A stretch of DNA of 64,000 nt from NCBI GenBank assembly GCA_013239625.1, contig MU053884.1, positions 124,001 through 188,000 of the forward strand, in the 5' to 3' direction. Under the pieces are notes generated by a model. The model did no database searches and was not told the origin of the DNA. It worked only from the letters and a program-made list of their open reading frames with translations. The translations under genes were made by a program, and so were the position numbers. Shown in pieces: positions 36,951-50,635 of this stretch (positions are counted from its first letter, which is position 1; every line of letters starts with the position of its first letter). The stretch is from Lama guanicoe (Eukaryota).

Positions 36951-39159
36951 TTTTTCCTAGTAATATATGCTGGTTGGCTGCTTTCAGTTTCAGTAATTCC
37001 ATCTTATCTCTGGGTGCTTTTCTTCTGATGGGCTTTTATGTGGTTTGCACAAGTAGTAATAGAGATCTGTATTTGGGAGAACTCCAGGCCTCGTGTAGTC
37101 CCTTGTACAGAGTGCCCACTGAGCTGATGCTTGAACTGGGAAAAAAGCACAGTAAATGTTGGAATTTCCACTATGGTTGATACTTCCAGGTTTCTATAAC
37201 CTGTTTAGCCCACCTTAATATTGGCTGCACCCATACTAGGTAATTTGGTGGAATTTCATGGTATGGTGGTGTAGAGACAGGGCCTTGTATGCTTCTTCTG
37301 TTTCCTTTTTCTAACATTGCTTCTCCTGGGCCTCAAGGATCCTGCCCCAGAAATGCCCAGGGCTGGCTTGTTACTGCGCTGAGGCAATATTTGTTAATAA
37401 GGCCCTTTCCTCATCTCTTCTGAGCCTCCATTTCCTTCTCTGCACAATGAGGGCTTAGACTAGATACGTGCTATTCAGTTTCTTTTAAAGCCATGTTTCC
37501 TTTGAGAAACAGAAAGTGCAAATCTCTCCTCCCATTCGAACCCTTTAGATTTTGACACATCTTCCAAGGAGTGACATAGCTCTTTGTGGAAAATCGATGT
37601 GATTGTGATTCCAGGTGGCACAGAAAAGACTCTTCAGAGATTTACTGCAGGGAGAGGGCAGGAAAGGGGCAGTATGTCACACTTTCTAGTTTGAGCACTG
37701 GAGCAGGGGCTTGGGTTTAAATACGATGTCTGACGTGGCCTCTCTCTAATCTTGTACAATATGTTAAACTTCTCTTCTTCAATTTCTTAATGTGTCAAGT
37801 TGGGGTGATAATACTTTAAGGCTTTTCGGAAACATTATACACATAGGCCGTTTGTGTCTCTGTAGGAACAAAACCTGCTAGGGAATCAGGGATTTCTTTA
37901 AAATAAAAGAAATCTTGTCCATAGCACTCTGTCTGTGCGTATTTGGAAGTTTCTAGAAGGTGAGGGTTGAGTCTAAAGTCCATCGTGGGACAGGTGGCCC
38001 ATTGTTTTCTGTGCCCCAGTTTGCCCCATCCTCCCCAGTCCTCTTCCTCTCAGTCCAGAATGAAGTTCCCTAGTAGATTTACACAGAGGTCTTGAGGAAA
38101 TGATTTCTCATTTTATTGTTTCACCAAGAAGGGCTTCCATCATGATCTCTGTGGTCAGGTTTTGGTGACCTGAAGGCTATGCAATTGGGGGTTTCTATTT
38201 AATAGAAAGAAAAATAATTACAAATACAAAATTAGACCTATGGTGTTGGCAGGGGCTCTTGGGAGTGGGGACCATTAACTTTGTTAGCTTCAGGTGCAGT
38301 GGCCTCTGGCCACGAGGACCCATCCTCGTGCTCTGAAGTTGGAGGGACCAGTGGGTTCGGTGGGAATGTTAACTGAATGTATCTCATGGGATGGGCTTTG
38401 TCCTATTTGTACTGTGTGTTCCTTATTTGAGGTAGTGAGCTCATTTAATCTCAATAGCCTCTTTAAAAATTAGGCTTTTTTTGTGAGATGAAATGTAGAT
38501 TCCCATGTAGTTGTAAGAGATAATATTGAGAGGGCCTATGGACAGTTTGCCCAATTTTCTTTATTGGTTCCACCTTGCAATGTTGGGGTACAGTTAATTA
38601 CTGACTCACTAACCCTTTGAGGTTTGTGTTATTGACCTCATTTCTATTTATGATTAAACTGGGGCTTAGAGAAGCACACAGTCCTGCCCAGGTCACCCAC
38701 ATGGTTAGTGTAGAGTCGGGTGGAACGTGGGCTTGGGATTTCCAGTCAGTACCATTATGATGTACTGTGGCAGGGAGCAGCGTCCACTTTGTATGTTTAT
38801 TCATTCATTCAACAAACATTTATTGTGTAACCTCTGTGGGTCACATGCTTTCATAGGGTTATCTGATTCTTCAGCAGTACTGAGAATCAGGTAATATTTT
38901 CATTTTTTTAATCTGAGAAAATTAGCTCTGAGAAGTTATAACTACCCCCAAAGCAAATATAGCTCATAAAGGAGCGATAGTAAATTTGTACAGTCTCCCA
39001 TTTTTATGCAGGTGGTACCCTAGGCGTTTCACAAATACAAACTTCCGTAATCCAGATATATTATTCTAAGGTAAGGATTTTATTTTTAATTGAACTATAG
39101 ACAAGTTTACAATGTTTTGTCAATTGCATGGTGTTTTTTGAATTTTGAATAAAAATATT

Positions 39160-39283
39160 TTTTGAGGAGGATAATTAGGTTCATTTACTTGTTTCATTTT
39201 TTAAAATGAGGTACTGGGGATTGAACCCAGGGCCTTGTACATGTTAAGCACGTGCTCTACCACTGAACTGTCCCATCCTCCCC
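39160..39283 (-). mobile_element. tRNA-derived SINE (camelid Vic-1-like)
   Basis: Minus strand ...agttcagtggtagagcacgtgcttaacatgtacaaggccctgggttcaatccccagtacctc with Pol III A and B boxes, followed by an A-rich tail. Confidence 0.85.
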
Positions 39284-39715
39284 ACGGCAAGTATTCTAAT
39301 CCATTATTCTGCAGTTTAGGAGTTCAAATAAATTGGAGTTGAAATCCAGATCTTTTGACCCCATTGTGGTTCTTTTCGTTATATTCTGCTGAAGTGGGGT
39401 GGGGAAAGCACATTCTTTGTTCATTTGTGTATTCAGCAGTTTTGAGCACTGACTTTGCATCAGGGTCTGGCTAGGTGCTTGAAACAGAAAACAAGAAATG
39501 ACCCTTCTCTACAGGGGCAGGAAGCCTAGACCAAAAGCTGGCTAATGTGAACCAAGCTACGGTAGCCATGTGCAGACTCTGAGGACAGACTGTACCCCCG
39601 GCTTTGCTTGGGTTTCCCTTGCCTTGTGGCTGGTACACACCAGGTCACCGCAACCCACAGGGGTCCACAGCCCACAGCAGAGTATGTACCTCGATCTCCA
39701 CTCCCTTCTCGGCAG

Positions 39716-40285
39716 GGCCTGCAACATGAGAATCCCTGACTATGTGCAGTGTGCTGAGTACTACGAGACTCTACCCGTGGTGGTCCAACCCGTGGGGATC
39801 ATTTCAGGATAATTTCTTTTGCATCTATAATCGAAACTCCTTGGTGAGCCAGATCAGCCCGTGCGGCTCCCTGTGGGCACTCTGTATCCACTACAGGCAC
39901 CACTATGTGCCCGAGAATGGGTGGAGTGACTTTCAGACCCACCGCAAGGTCGTGGGCCTTGTCACCATTACCGACTGCCTCTAGGCCAAGGCCTTCGAGA
40001 AGCTTCACGTGCAGAGGAGCTCTATGGCACCACGCTTAATGACTCTCAGCTCTTTGACTTTGTGCTGCATGGGGAGGTAGCCGAGCACCCGTGCACTGAT
40101 GTGACCTTCAGTCTACGAGGACTGCAGGGTGGTGGAGAAGAGGATCGAGGACTTCACTGAGTCACTCTTCATCTTGTTCAAGTCCATGTGGCTGGATGGG
40201 GCCCCCGAAAGTCTGGGGACAAGATCCCCCTCCTCTGCGTCCTGTTTGAGAAGGAGGACTTCATGGGACTGGATACAGACAGCAG
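39716..40285 (+). pseudogene. TRAPPC9: TRAPPC9-derived first coding exon (approx. human exon 2), unprocessed and disabled
   Basis: cag acceptor, 10-nt UTR, ATG at 39726. [26 protein letters not shown] / NFFCIY...[29 protein letters not shown] / [15 protein letters not shown] / [24 protein letters not shown], ending ag|gtaagt. Matches the recalled TRAPPC9 N-terminus. At least four frameshifts and a TAG at 39982. Confidence 0.97.
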
Positions 40286-40520
40286 GTAAGTCTGCCTGGA
40301 GGCCCGTCCGCCCTGGCTGTGTGCCAGGTTTCTTCCCTACATCCAGAAAGGGATCAGCAAGGAAGAGGGCAGTCTTGTAGCCAAGGAGGTAGGGAGGTGC
40401 AGCCCGCCTGTTTACAGACATTTAAAAGTGAATCCGCCTTTGTTTCAGAGAGATCCTTTTAGGGTTAGTGTGGACAGTTACTCCTGCTTTTCAGCCAGAA
40501 CACCTGGTGGGACCCCTTGA

Positions 40521-40853
40521 GTTGCTGTCCAATAGAGTAGCCACAGCCACTGATGCTAGGAGCTCTGGGGAGGAGGCTGCTCTGAGCTGAGATGTGCTGT
40601 AGGTCAAATGCATATCAGATGCTGAGACTTGTCTAGTAAAAAATGTAAACTATCTTGTTACTTTCTATATTGACTACATGTCAAAATGATAGTATCTTAC
40701 ATACAATAGATTAAGTAAAATCTGTTCTTAAAATCAGTCTCTAGTATTTGTTGTTTGTTTGTTTGTTTGTTTGTTTCTTTGTTTACCATTTTAAATGTGA
40801 CAACTGGGAAAGTTTCTTTACATGGCTGTCATTTCATTTCTGTTGGACAGCCT
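40521..40853. mobile_element. MER33-like hAT-Charlie DNA transposon relic
   Basis: gctgtccaatag...ttggacagc inverted ends with internal tgagatgtgctgta and tatattgactacatg. Contains a (GTTT)n tract. Confidence 0.75.
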
Positions 40854-43466
40854 GTCCTGGGACCGTCTCATCCCTTTGCTTATCAATGAGATGCTGAATC
40901 CCGAGACGCAGAATGAGGCGCTGGTTGAGCTGGGGGTGGAGCCGGGGTCTCTTGCCTCCCAGGCCCAGCACCTGCACAGCTCAGAACCTCTATTCCTGCC
41001 TGACAGCCACCATGCCAAGTTTGGACATCAGAAACACCGCCAGGGACTTCCGAATAAACTCTTTATGCAGGGAAAGGCGTATCACAGAGTATGGGACATT
41101 GCAGGGAAAGGTTCATTCTCACTTTGTCCCTATGATTAAGTCAATGGCCCCATTTTGCCTCGGAAGTGCAGACGAGCTATTCTGGGCTGCCTAACCCCCC
41201 CACCTTCTGCTCTGTTTCCCCATATATCTATCATGCTGTCCCTCGGGCAGAAGAGGGTGAGATGCCTTTCCTGAGAGGTGGTTCCCCTTTGCTGGGGAGA
41301 GTGAGGGAAGCTTTATCCCCCGGCCTACGGCCTTGAGCCTTGAGTCTGGAGAGTGCTCATGGTGGTCCCACAGGTGATGGTCAGAGGACCTGGCACGTGC
41401 TGCCAGGCCCGCTGTGGAGGCAGTGCTCTGAGATTCTTGAACTTACCTAAGATCAGATCCTACTTTCTGGTTGTTGGTAAGTTGGAGGAGAAGATGCCAG
41501 AGAATTGATAAAAAGAAACTCCAGACCAGCCCTGTGAGTGATAGGCACCGGGGACCCGAGTCCCACCTGCGTGTGGTGCCTGGTGGGCTCTGGACGAATT
41601 TGCAGTTTCTCCCAGACATGCCTCTATGGCTTAAGGTAGGGTAAGTCATGTAGTGGCCATGAGCTGTACTTCTCCTCACAGGGCCCTGTGATTTACATGC
41701 CTGCGCTCCCCTTCTGCTCCTTAGAGATAAGATGGCAGGTTTAGGAGCCTGGGCAGTGCTGAGGGCACAGCTGCCAGCACCGTGCTACACCGAGGCTGGC
41801 TGCATTCACCTCACCTTCTCCTCCTCCTGAGGCCCCAGGCATTAGTCAAGATAGGTGCATCAGTGCAACGTAAGCAGGGACCACATTCTCTCCCTGGACA
41901 GGCTGGTGGGTGAGCAGTGGAAGCCTTGAGCCCTGCCCCAGGCCCCTGGCCAGTGCCTCCTCTTTTGTCATAGGAGGCACTGGTGACATTTTTGCTCAAC
42001 AACTGCTTGGCTCTGAGTCTGCAGACCCACCAGAGAATGCCAGCTTGTTTTTGCCATTTGAAGTCTGACCTTGGGATTTGGCAGAGTAGCTGGATGTGTG
42101 CTTAGCCCATAGTGGTTCACACTGTCACCATTGTTTACCCAGAGCCTCGTGTACCAGGCATGGCTCTCGGCATCAAAATACAGCAGCGCATTAAACCTCC
42201 CTCCTGGTGGGTTTGTCTGTTTTGGTAACATAAGCACTCATCCAGCATCTGAACGTCCTTGAGAATTTGGCCAGTGAGCTCGGGTCAAGCATGTTCTCCA
42301 CCAGTCAATTTACTCCATTGTTGCTTTTGCTATTCCACAGTCATTAATTTTTAAAACAATGCTTTGGTTCAGGAGCACAGCCTAATTCTCTCCTGCTACT
42401 CTTGGTGGGAGTGAGTAAAACTATCCAGCCTTAAATGCGACCACATTTTGTGGCTCAAAAGCTGCCTAGACGCACCTAGGTGGAGTTTTTGTAAGGGGCA
42501 CTGACCACGTTGGGGTCCCCCAGCAACACTGCTCCCCTCAGGCCCCTGCCTTCCCTGGAGCAGGAGGTGAGGGTGGGTCTCACATTCCCCACGTCCCTGG
42601 CCTCACACACTCACGTAAATTCTTGTACATGCTGTCAAAGTCACTTTTGTTCTTGTGTGTTTCTAATTTTCTCTTGTTCCTCCTTTCCTTTTTTTTTTAT
42701 ATTCCGCTTTCTCTTGTACCGCCCTGTGAGCATGTTGTTGCGTCTGAAAAGGTGGTCTGTGCACACTCTGCATTGGAAATAGCCAGATTGCCCTCCGTGC
42801 TGTCTCCATCACTTTAAAAAGAAAATCTTAACAGTGGCCTTGATCCATGTATTATCCTAGTCATCTTTTTATTTTCTAATTTTTTGGAATATTTGCTTTG
42901 TTTGCATATCATCCACTGGTGTTTGATACCTGTTAAAATCCTTGCTTTGAGGAACCTGTTTCGTCTTCCTTATGTTAGGCACCCTTATTAAATTTGTTTG
43001 ATTGTTTTGAAGAAGTGAGATACGAATTGATTTAGGCGGCTGCTGAGGGATCCTTTTCATGCAGTATATAAACTTGTAAAGTTAAAGTCTGCGGCATCTT
43101 GCTCGATTCCTGCTTTTACACAAACGTGCTCGGCCCGTGGATCCTGGCTGTCGCTGTGTGACATGCGTGACGGCGCTTCCTCGCAGGTGGTCACTGGTGA
43201 GGAAGTGAGAGTCTCCGGGGTGAGCAGCTGCAGGGGACACTGTTGGAGGAAGCAATCACCATTTATTTATTTATTTATCTTTTGTATTCAACTTCCCTGT
43301 GCCATTTACTTTGCCTTGCCTTTATAAAGGGACAGAAGCAGGCGGGTCTAAAATCCATGCCACTCTTTTGTTCCCTTTACGAGGCTGGTTTTTCTGACTA
43401 TCAGGACAACATGGTCTTCTCCTAAGTAGCTGGCTCACCTGGATCTGGTGGACACAGGGACCGCTA

Positions 43467-43611
43467 ATGGGGACCGTAGCTTCCCCTCTGCTTCAGCCAG
43501 TAGGCTTTCAGAGCCGTGTCTGTGGTTTGCCTCAGCAGCCGTGCAGGCCTCCCTGCACTGCCCTTTAGTTTTAACCCAAGTTGGCAGTAAATAAAAAAAA
43601 GTGTCTGTTGC
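43467..43611 (+). repeat. 145-bp direct repeat, copy 1
   Basis: atggggaccgtagc...gtgtctgttgc, 3 mismatches versus 45958-46102. Confidence 0.97.
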
Positions 43612-45957
43612 CGCTGATGTCCACCACTGACGGCCGTGTCGTTAGTTTGCGGTAGTGAGTCCCCAACACCGCAGTCTGCCTTGAAGGAAGATGCTTTGTC
43701 CGACCAAGGACCTTGGATTCTCATCCCTACCCTTGTTCATCTCACCCGGGGGAAGGCTTTGGCAACCACCATCATGCTGATCATGAGGCCTTGTTTCTCC
43801 TTTCATGCTCTGGTCTAAATGTGGACACTCAATTTTTCACTGACTTGGTCTCGCTTGAGACACGCCAGACTTTCTGAATGAGTTTATCACATTCTGGGTG
43901 GGGAAAAGAGTAGAAGTAAGTGTCACAATTAAAAGGAGTCTAGGTTATCCGGGTTGGCAAATGCAGACTGGGATCTGTGATGGCTGGGCTGTGCCCTGGA
44001 CACAGGCGTTTCCCGTGGCTCCCGACAGCCCAGGGGTCGGAGTGAGAACAGACTTACCTGGGTTCCTCCATCCTCATCTGCTCACTGGCAGGTGAGTCGG
44101 CTAATTAGTAGCTCCCCCAGACCTCGGGTCCTTCAAAGCTCAAAACACGAGGGAAACTTGAGTCCCTTCTCCTGGGCCTCCTTTGTGAGAATCCAGTGCC
44201 TTCTGAGGTGACCAGCAGCAGGAGATGCCTCCCACTCCACGGAGCACCCTTCGGAGGACTGTGACTCAATGCACCATGCTGTGAGCTTGTGGGGTTATGG
44301 CCAAGGTCCCTGCAGAACCAGACTTGAGATGGGCTTAGCTACGGAAATAACAGGACTGATTCCAGGGCAGGGCTTGGGGGAGGGAACAGGGGAAATTGAA
44401 TTTGACCTCGAACACCTAGGTGGGTGCTGGGGCTGTTACTAAAATAGGGAGTCTGGGATGTAACTGCCTGGAATCGAATTCCAGAGTAAATGGTGGACAT
44501 GAGGCATTTTTAAGATGCCATTTCTCATCCAAGATAGGACTTCAAAGAGGCACTCGGTTCTATGAGTCTGGGGCTCAGGTGAAGGAGCCAGACTTGAGAT
44601 ACATTTTGGGAGTCGTCATTCCTAGTTGGTGTTCACAGCCTTGCATGTGGATGAGCTCATCTCGAGAGGTGCAGACTGAGGATGAGGGGGGCAGGGCTGT
44701 GCCTGTGTTTGAGGAAAGCCCCGACCATGAATCTTTGTTGTGTCATTCTGCGGCATTTGCGATTTTTGGAGTAATGCCATTTATCCTCATGGGGTCAGGG
44801 GGTGGGCAAGGCCAGCCAGGAAGAAATCTGAAGGGAGGGTCATGGCCACGTGTGTGTCTTGGGAAGATGCAGAGTCTGCAGGGTCCGGGTGGGTAGAATC
44901 CTCAGAAGGTGGAGTTGGATTGGGGAGTGGGGTGAAGGTAGTCACACTCACCTGTGAGGGAGGGAGGGAGTCCTAGGGAGTCCCCACCCTTCAGGATTTG
45001 CTTTCCCATGAAAAGAAGGCAATCAGACAGAGGATCTGAGGTGAGAAGGGATGGGCGCTGGGAAGGGAGCCAACCTGGAGAATGGTGCTTGGAAAGTTCT
45101 GGAATAGTCTCCCTGCAAATTAGAGTTAAGAAAACCCAGACTCTTAAGAACATTGACAGTGACTGGGAGAAGGCAGTTGTTTTTCTGTCTTCCTAAGGGT
45201 AAGGCATGTATCCAGGGATACACAAAGGAATCGGGCATTCTGTCCTGGGGACTTGATCCTTACTGGGGTAACAGTGCAAGTTTAAACGGGGAGAAGGGCA
45301 GCAGAGGGAAACTATTCAGGCCCCTGTTCAGGTACAAGTCGGCCGCCCTACTTGCATGTTGCATTCACACCCATGCCTCCCAGGTGGGCGGTGGCAGCCC
45401 CCTTTTGCAGATTGGGAAGCATTCTCAGAGGGGTTAAGGCATTGGTCCATTTAGCGGCTAGTAAATGCTGCAGCAGGATTCAAGCAGGGCCTTGTCAGAC
45501 TTCAAGGGCATGTTCTCTCTACTAATTCTGGTACCTCCCTGTTTTACCTGGAATGGTGAAGTGGGTCAGTTTTGGATCCTTTCAGACAAAGTACGATTTA
45601 AGTGCCTCAGGACTGTTTCACAAATCTCAGTGTTCTTTGATGGTTTGGAAGCACCGCAGTGCTTTACACTCCACAGATGTAAGGTCTTACTCCTTTGACG
45701 ATGACGTGGTTGCAAGTGACGTACAGGTGCAAAACCAGACTTAGCAGCTTCTGAAGGGAAACTCTCCAGTTCTCCCTTGATAGACTTTCTTCCACGGGAT
45801 GTAACTGTGCTGCAGCATAGGCCTGAGCTTTCCATATGGAGTGAGGGTTTGATATCCAAATTTATCATAAAACGGTCAGATGAAGAAAATCGACATTGAT
45901 AATTTATTTTTGGGTTTCATTAGTCAAGATATACTGTCAGTTAATGGCCCATATAGT

Positions 45958-46102
45958 ATGGGGACCGTAGCTTCCCCTCTGCTTCAGCCACTAGGCTTTC
46001 AGAGCCGTGTCTGTGGTTTGCCTCAGCAGCCGTGCAGACCTCCCTGCACTGGCCTTTAGTTTTAACCCAAGTTGGCAGTAAATAAAAAAAAGTGTCTGTT
46101 GC
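45958..46102 (+). repeat. 145-bp direct repeat, copy 2
   Basis: Matches 43467-43611 with 3 mismatches. Confidence 0.97.
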
Positions 46103-49100
46103 ACCCCACCACCAGGGCACCTGTCAGTGTGTTGGTGTGATTGCATTTATACAGTAAATGTAATCTGGGCTTCCTCAGCCCCACACAATCCAGTGCAGAA
46201 TCACGGGCTGTAGCCATCTCTTAGTCATGCAAATACTTGTAAAATTATATGATGCCAGAAAAGAAAGAAGAGAGAGAGAGATTGCCTCTATCAAATTTCC
46301 TTTCATTTCTAACTGCAAACTGTTCTTGAGCAGCTCTAGTTTCTTTGTATATGAATATATACATTGCTTTGCATGTAACCTTGGTTTTGGACTAGAACAC
46401 CAAGCTCTAGCTGTCTACAAGCCACAAAAATAGTAGTCAAATTGCACACGTGTGAAATAGTTTATTCTTTTTTCTGACAAAGAATCTTTGAATTTTGGAC
46501 TTGGGCTGTGATTCTTGCTTTATGCTTCCCCCATCCCTCTTGAAATCTCTCACTCCTTCCCACATGGCCCCCAATAGGTCGTGGTCTCAAAGGAGCAGGC
46601 AAACACCCAGTTGGTCAACATGCAGTGCTGCTATAGAGGGAGCCCAGCCAAGACTTGAAGGACATTATCAGAGAGGACTTCCTGGAAGAAATGGGCCCTA
46701 CATTCAGTTGTGAGGACAGAGTAAGAGTCAGCCAGGAAAAGGCACCAAGAGTGTGGCTTAGGTGGCAGGTGCAGCCTGGGCCGAGGCCTGGAGTCTTGTG
46801 GAGTGGGGATTGGGGGAGAGTGCCCTGTGTGGTCCAGGGTGGAGGGTGCCTCTGCTGGGGAGGCCCCTGGAGAGGGCCTGGGTGGAGGGCTTTGGAAGAG
46901 CTTGGGTTTTACTAGAACTGACACAGAGGAGGCAGTGAAGGGTGTCAGCAGGGAGTGACCCTCAGGAAAGGTACTTCTGGTTTTGCTTCTGATATTCTAC
47001 ATAAAGAAGGGAAGGGACGGGCGAGAGCAGGTATGTCTGTCCCTTCGAGACCCACACCTTAATTCATTTATTCTTAACACGCGCACTTCTGAGTGTCTAC
47101 GGGATAGAGGGTAGACCCACATTAGTAAGCAAAATGTATTTGCTTCTTGGGAGCTTAGCAGTGTCAGAAGTTGACTTAGCCTAGAATGTTCTAGGAACAG
47201 AGGAACAATTTGCGGAAGTTGGAGGGAGGGAAGGCTTCCTTGAGAAGCAGTCAAAATGAGCTTGGAGGCAAGTGGGAAGTAGCAGCAGGTCAGGGGGCCC
47301 CTGAGGTCACTGGGGACCTGGGTACTGAGGTGAGGCTGGGCGAGCAGTATTGGGGGTGTGGCTAGAACTCCACCAGGGAGCCTCTGAATGGTTTGAAGTG
47401 GGGTGATGTAAACAAATTTGTGTTTTGGGAAGGCTGCCTTGGCTCTGTGTGCGCACGTGCGTGCGGGTGTGTGTAGCGGGGAAGAGGGGGAGGGTGCCAC
47501 CAACTGGAGGGGGTCATTAGAAGACCATTCACAGGCTGGGAGGTGACCAGTGGGAGAGGGGAGTCCGGGCTGCTTGGGGATGGCAGGGGCAGTGTGGATG
47601 CCGGATTTCCTTATGGGGAGGGCTTGTTAGCGGGGCTGCACTAAGGGCGCCTTTGGCTGGAAGAAAACAGATGGAGGCTGCCATGAGGACTTTCCTCTTC
47701 TCTCCTTCCCTGCCTTGTGTGATGATCTTAGCTCAGCCAACATTTGGAACAGAAGGGCTAAGTTCCAGGGTAGCCCAGGACTTTGTTGAGCTCGTTCGAA
47801 TGAGACCGTATAGGATTTAGGTTTGTATTCAGATCTGCATATTCACTTAGCTAGAAACGTCCCGGCATTTGGATTTCCAGAGGGGTTTTTATTCTTGATA
47901 AAGATTGCTTTCTTGGTGAGAGGAAATTTAATACAGCTGCTGTCTTTCTCAAAAAATCATATCTTTCAAGAACTTTAATATTCAAAAGAATAGGAATATT
48001 TAAAAATGATAAAGTAAGGCTTTGGTGTAGTTTCTTTGGTTTCTGAGTTAATGTGGAGTTAGAGCCTTTGCATCACTTAATAGCACATCCTTGTCAGTAT
48101 TTGAAGAGCTGTTAGTGAGCGCCCCAGGCCCCACCTCTCAAAAAATCATTAAAGTTTGCTCTGAAATAGTCAGGTCATAATGTTCTTGTTTGCAGAAGCC
48201 AAATTGTTGTTTATAATATGCAGCATAGTTCCCTTTATAAAATAATAATAGGTTCAAAATTAAGAAAGTGGAAGATATTGATTTTTTTAAAGCTGAAACA
48301 TCAACTTTCTTGTGCTAATGTTGCAACTAGAAATTTTGAAAAGAAAAATCCTACTGTAATATCATCTACGTGGAATAAATATATGCCTTTCACGTTTGAA
48401 AAGTAACTGCGCAGTGGTTTTTGAAGTCAGGGCCATTCCAGCTAAGCTACTGGCAGTGATTGTTGGTGATTTTCAATGGCAGAGCCTAAATTTGCCTTCT
48501 TAGCTTTTTTTTTTTTTTGTACTGAGAAGGTTGAGTAGTGCTTTGCCAGCATGATTTTCGGGCAATTTGAGGGCAGATGTCGTGTTCCAGATTGGAGTTA
48601 TGGTGGTCTGATGCATATGATCAGATGTGTAGTTAAAGTGCTATTACTTGAAATAAGAGAAACCTAGAACATGGCTCTAAAAATACAGGATGGGGGAGGA
48701 GAATTTGCTGAGCTGCTTGCAGGGGGAGTCTTCTCAGGTGACTCCCTCACTGTGATTCCTGCCAATATCCGCCCAAGCCCTGCATGGTAGTCCTGCCGAA
48801 GCAAGCATGCACTTTGCTCAGAAATGCATGGAATTTCCTTGTGCCTCTGTTTGGTGGCTTTTTTTTTTAAAGCACATCTTGCCCTTTGCTTAAATGGAAT
48901 CCCTGCAAGTCACCTCTTACACTCATTCTTCTGGACCTCATCCATTCATAGCTGTTGAATGGATGAACAGAATGTAGTATCTCCATGTAGTGGAACATTA
49001 TTAAGATGTAAGAGTGAATAAAAAAGAAAAAATAATAAAGGGGAAGATGAAAAAGGCCACCTATTCTGGGAAGACCTCCCTGACTGCTCAACCGCCCTTT

Positions 49101-49184
49101 TCCATTTGAAACCCAATCCCTTATGCTCCACTCTACTCTTTTTGATAATACTTACCACCTTGTAAAAAACATTGTTTTCAAAAT

Positions 49185-49480
49185 AAAAAAGAGAGATGCT
49201 GATACCACTTCAACATGGACGAGCCTTGATAACAGCATGTTAAGTGAAAGGAACCAGACACAAACGGACACAAATTGTTGATTTCAGTGATATGAAAAGC
49301 CCAGAATAGGCACATGCAGAGGCAGAGAGCAGGTGATGGTTGCAAGGGGCTGGGTGGAAAGGGGTTAGGGAGTGACTGCTAGTGACAGGGGGTTTCTTCT
49401 TCGGTGATGAAGTGTTCTGGAAATAGATGGTGGTGAGGGCTGCACAACCGTGAGTGTGCAGAAGACTGTTGAGCACTGTC
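49185..49480 (+). mobile_element. L1MB-like 3' UTR fragment
   Basis: caacatggacgagccttgataacagcatgttaagtgaaaggaaccagacacaa...ggtgatgaagtgttctggaaatagatggtggtg. Confidence 0.8.
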
Positions 49481-50554
49481 CCTGGGAGTGCCTGTTGTTT
49501 GGGCGGCTTTATTCTGTTCTCACCCTGCAATGTGAAGAGTCATCTTGTGCTGAGGCCATTCTACTCGTGTGAGTGGTGAGACTCAGAGAGTTTTTAGTCA
49601 TGTTTCTATTTTCCCCCTTGCTATGTGTAGGGAAAAAAGGCTTAAGCCTGAGAAAGTGCTCCATCTGCAGAAATGTCTTTCAGTTTTGCATGGTGTAAAA
49701 CTCTTGAGAGCTTTTTAATCGTTGAGGACAGCCTGTAGAGGGAAACAGCCCATGAAGCCTGGGTGAGACCTGGAAGAGCTGCGCTTCCCTCCCTGACACA
49801 GGTGGGGATTTCACCCCCGTTCAGGCAGTGAAGGGCCCAGACCCATTAGTGGAGTTGACAATCTTGAATATTTATTGTATCCGCACTTCATCTTGGATAT
49901 TAATTTCAAGCTGAGTCAATTTGTGGCGGTAGCCTCATCCTACATCAGGAATTTATATTATCTGCTCTTTGAGGTGAAGACCAGATAGACTTGATTATTT
50001 AACAGTCTCCCTTGAATTGATATCTCAGATTCCTTTGTCAATAGCAAAACAGCAGAAATACAGACGGCCTTTAATGCCGATGTGACCTGGAACGGGTTTA
50101 GTCTCTGTGACTCAGTGGCCTTATCTGTGGTTGGGGAAGATGATAACAGTACTTCCCTCAGAAGGGCTGGTGAGGGGGAAGTGAGAAGCACAAATGGAGG
50201 ACTTACACGAGATGCTCATGAATGACCGTATTTAGTGCTCTCAGCCTGGTGAGGCCTCAGGGGCAGAGATGTCAGGACAGAGCAGTCCTAGCCGGAGCTC
50301 GATCCGTGTTGGCAGCTGTTATGATCACTGTCACCACTATGGGTAATCTGGTAGTTTTAAGACTTGGTAATATTAATTCATGAGTAATGTTAAAAGAGTA
50401 GCTATCTCACATCCAGTTTACATTGTTCTCAAGATTTCCTCTGAGAAATGGATGTTTTATTCTCCATCTTAAATCTGAATTGAGACTCTAAAAAAATTCT
50501 GTATTCTTCCATCTTTTTGCTTTAATTCTTCATTTCTTAAAAAGAAAAGTTTTT

Positions 50555-50635
50555 AAATAGAGTTACTGTGGACGGAACTGAGGGCCGCATGCATGCTAAG
50601 CACATACTCTCCCAAATGAGGTAGAATCTCCCCAT
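50555..50635 (-). mobile_element. Degenerate Vic-1-like SINE
   Basis: gcatgctaagcacatactctccc core, related to the 39.2-kb copy. Confidence 0.55.

Noticed and set aside
39200..39283. tRNA-like sequence
   Set aside because: SINE head with an A-rich tail, several degenerate copies in the window and no intact cloverleaf.
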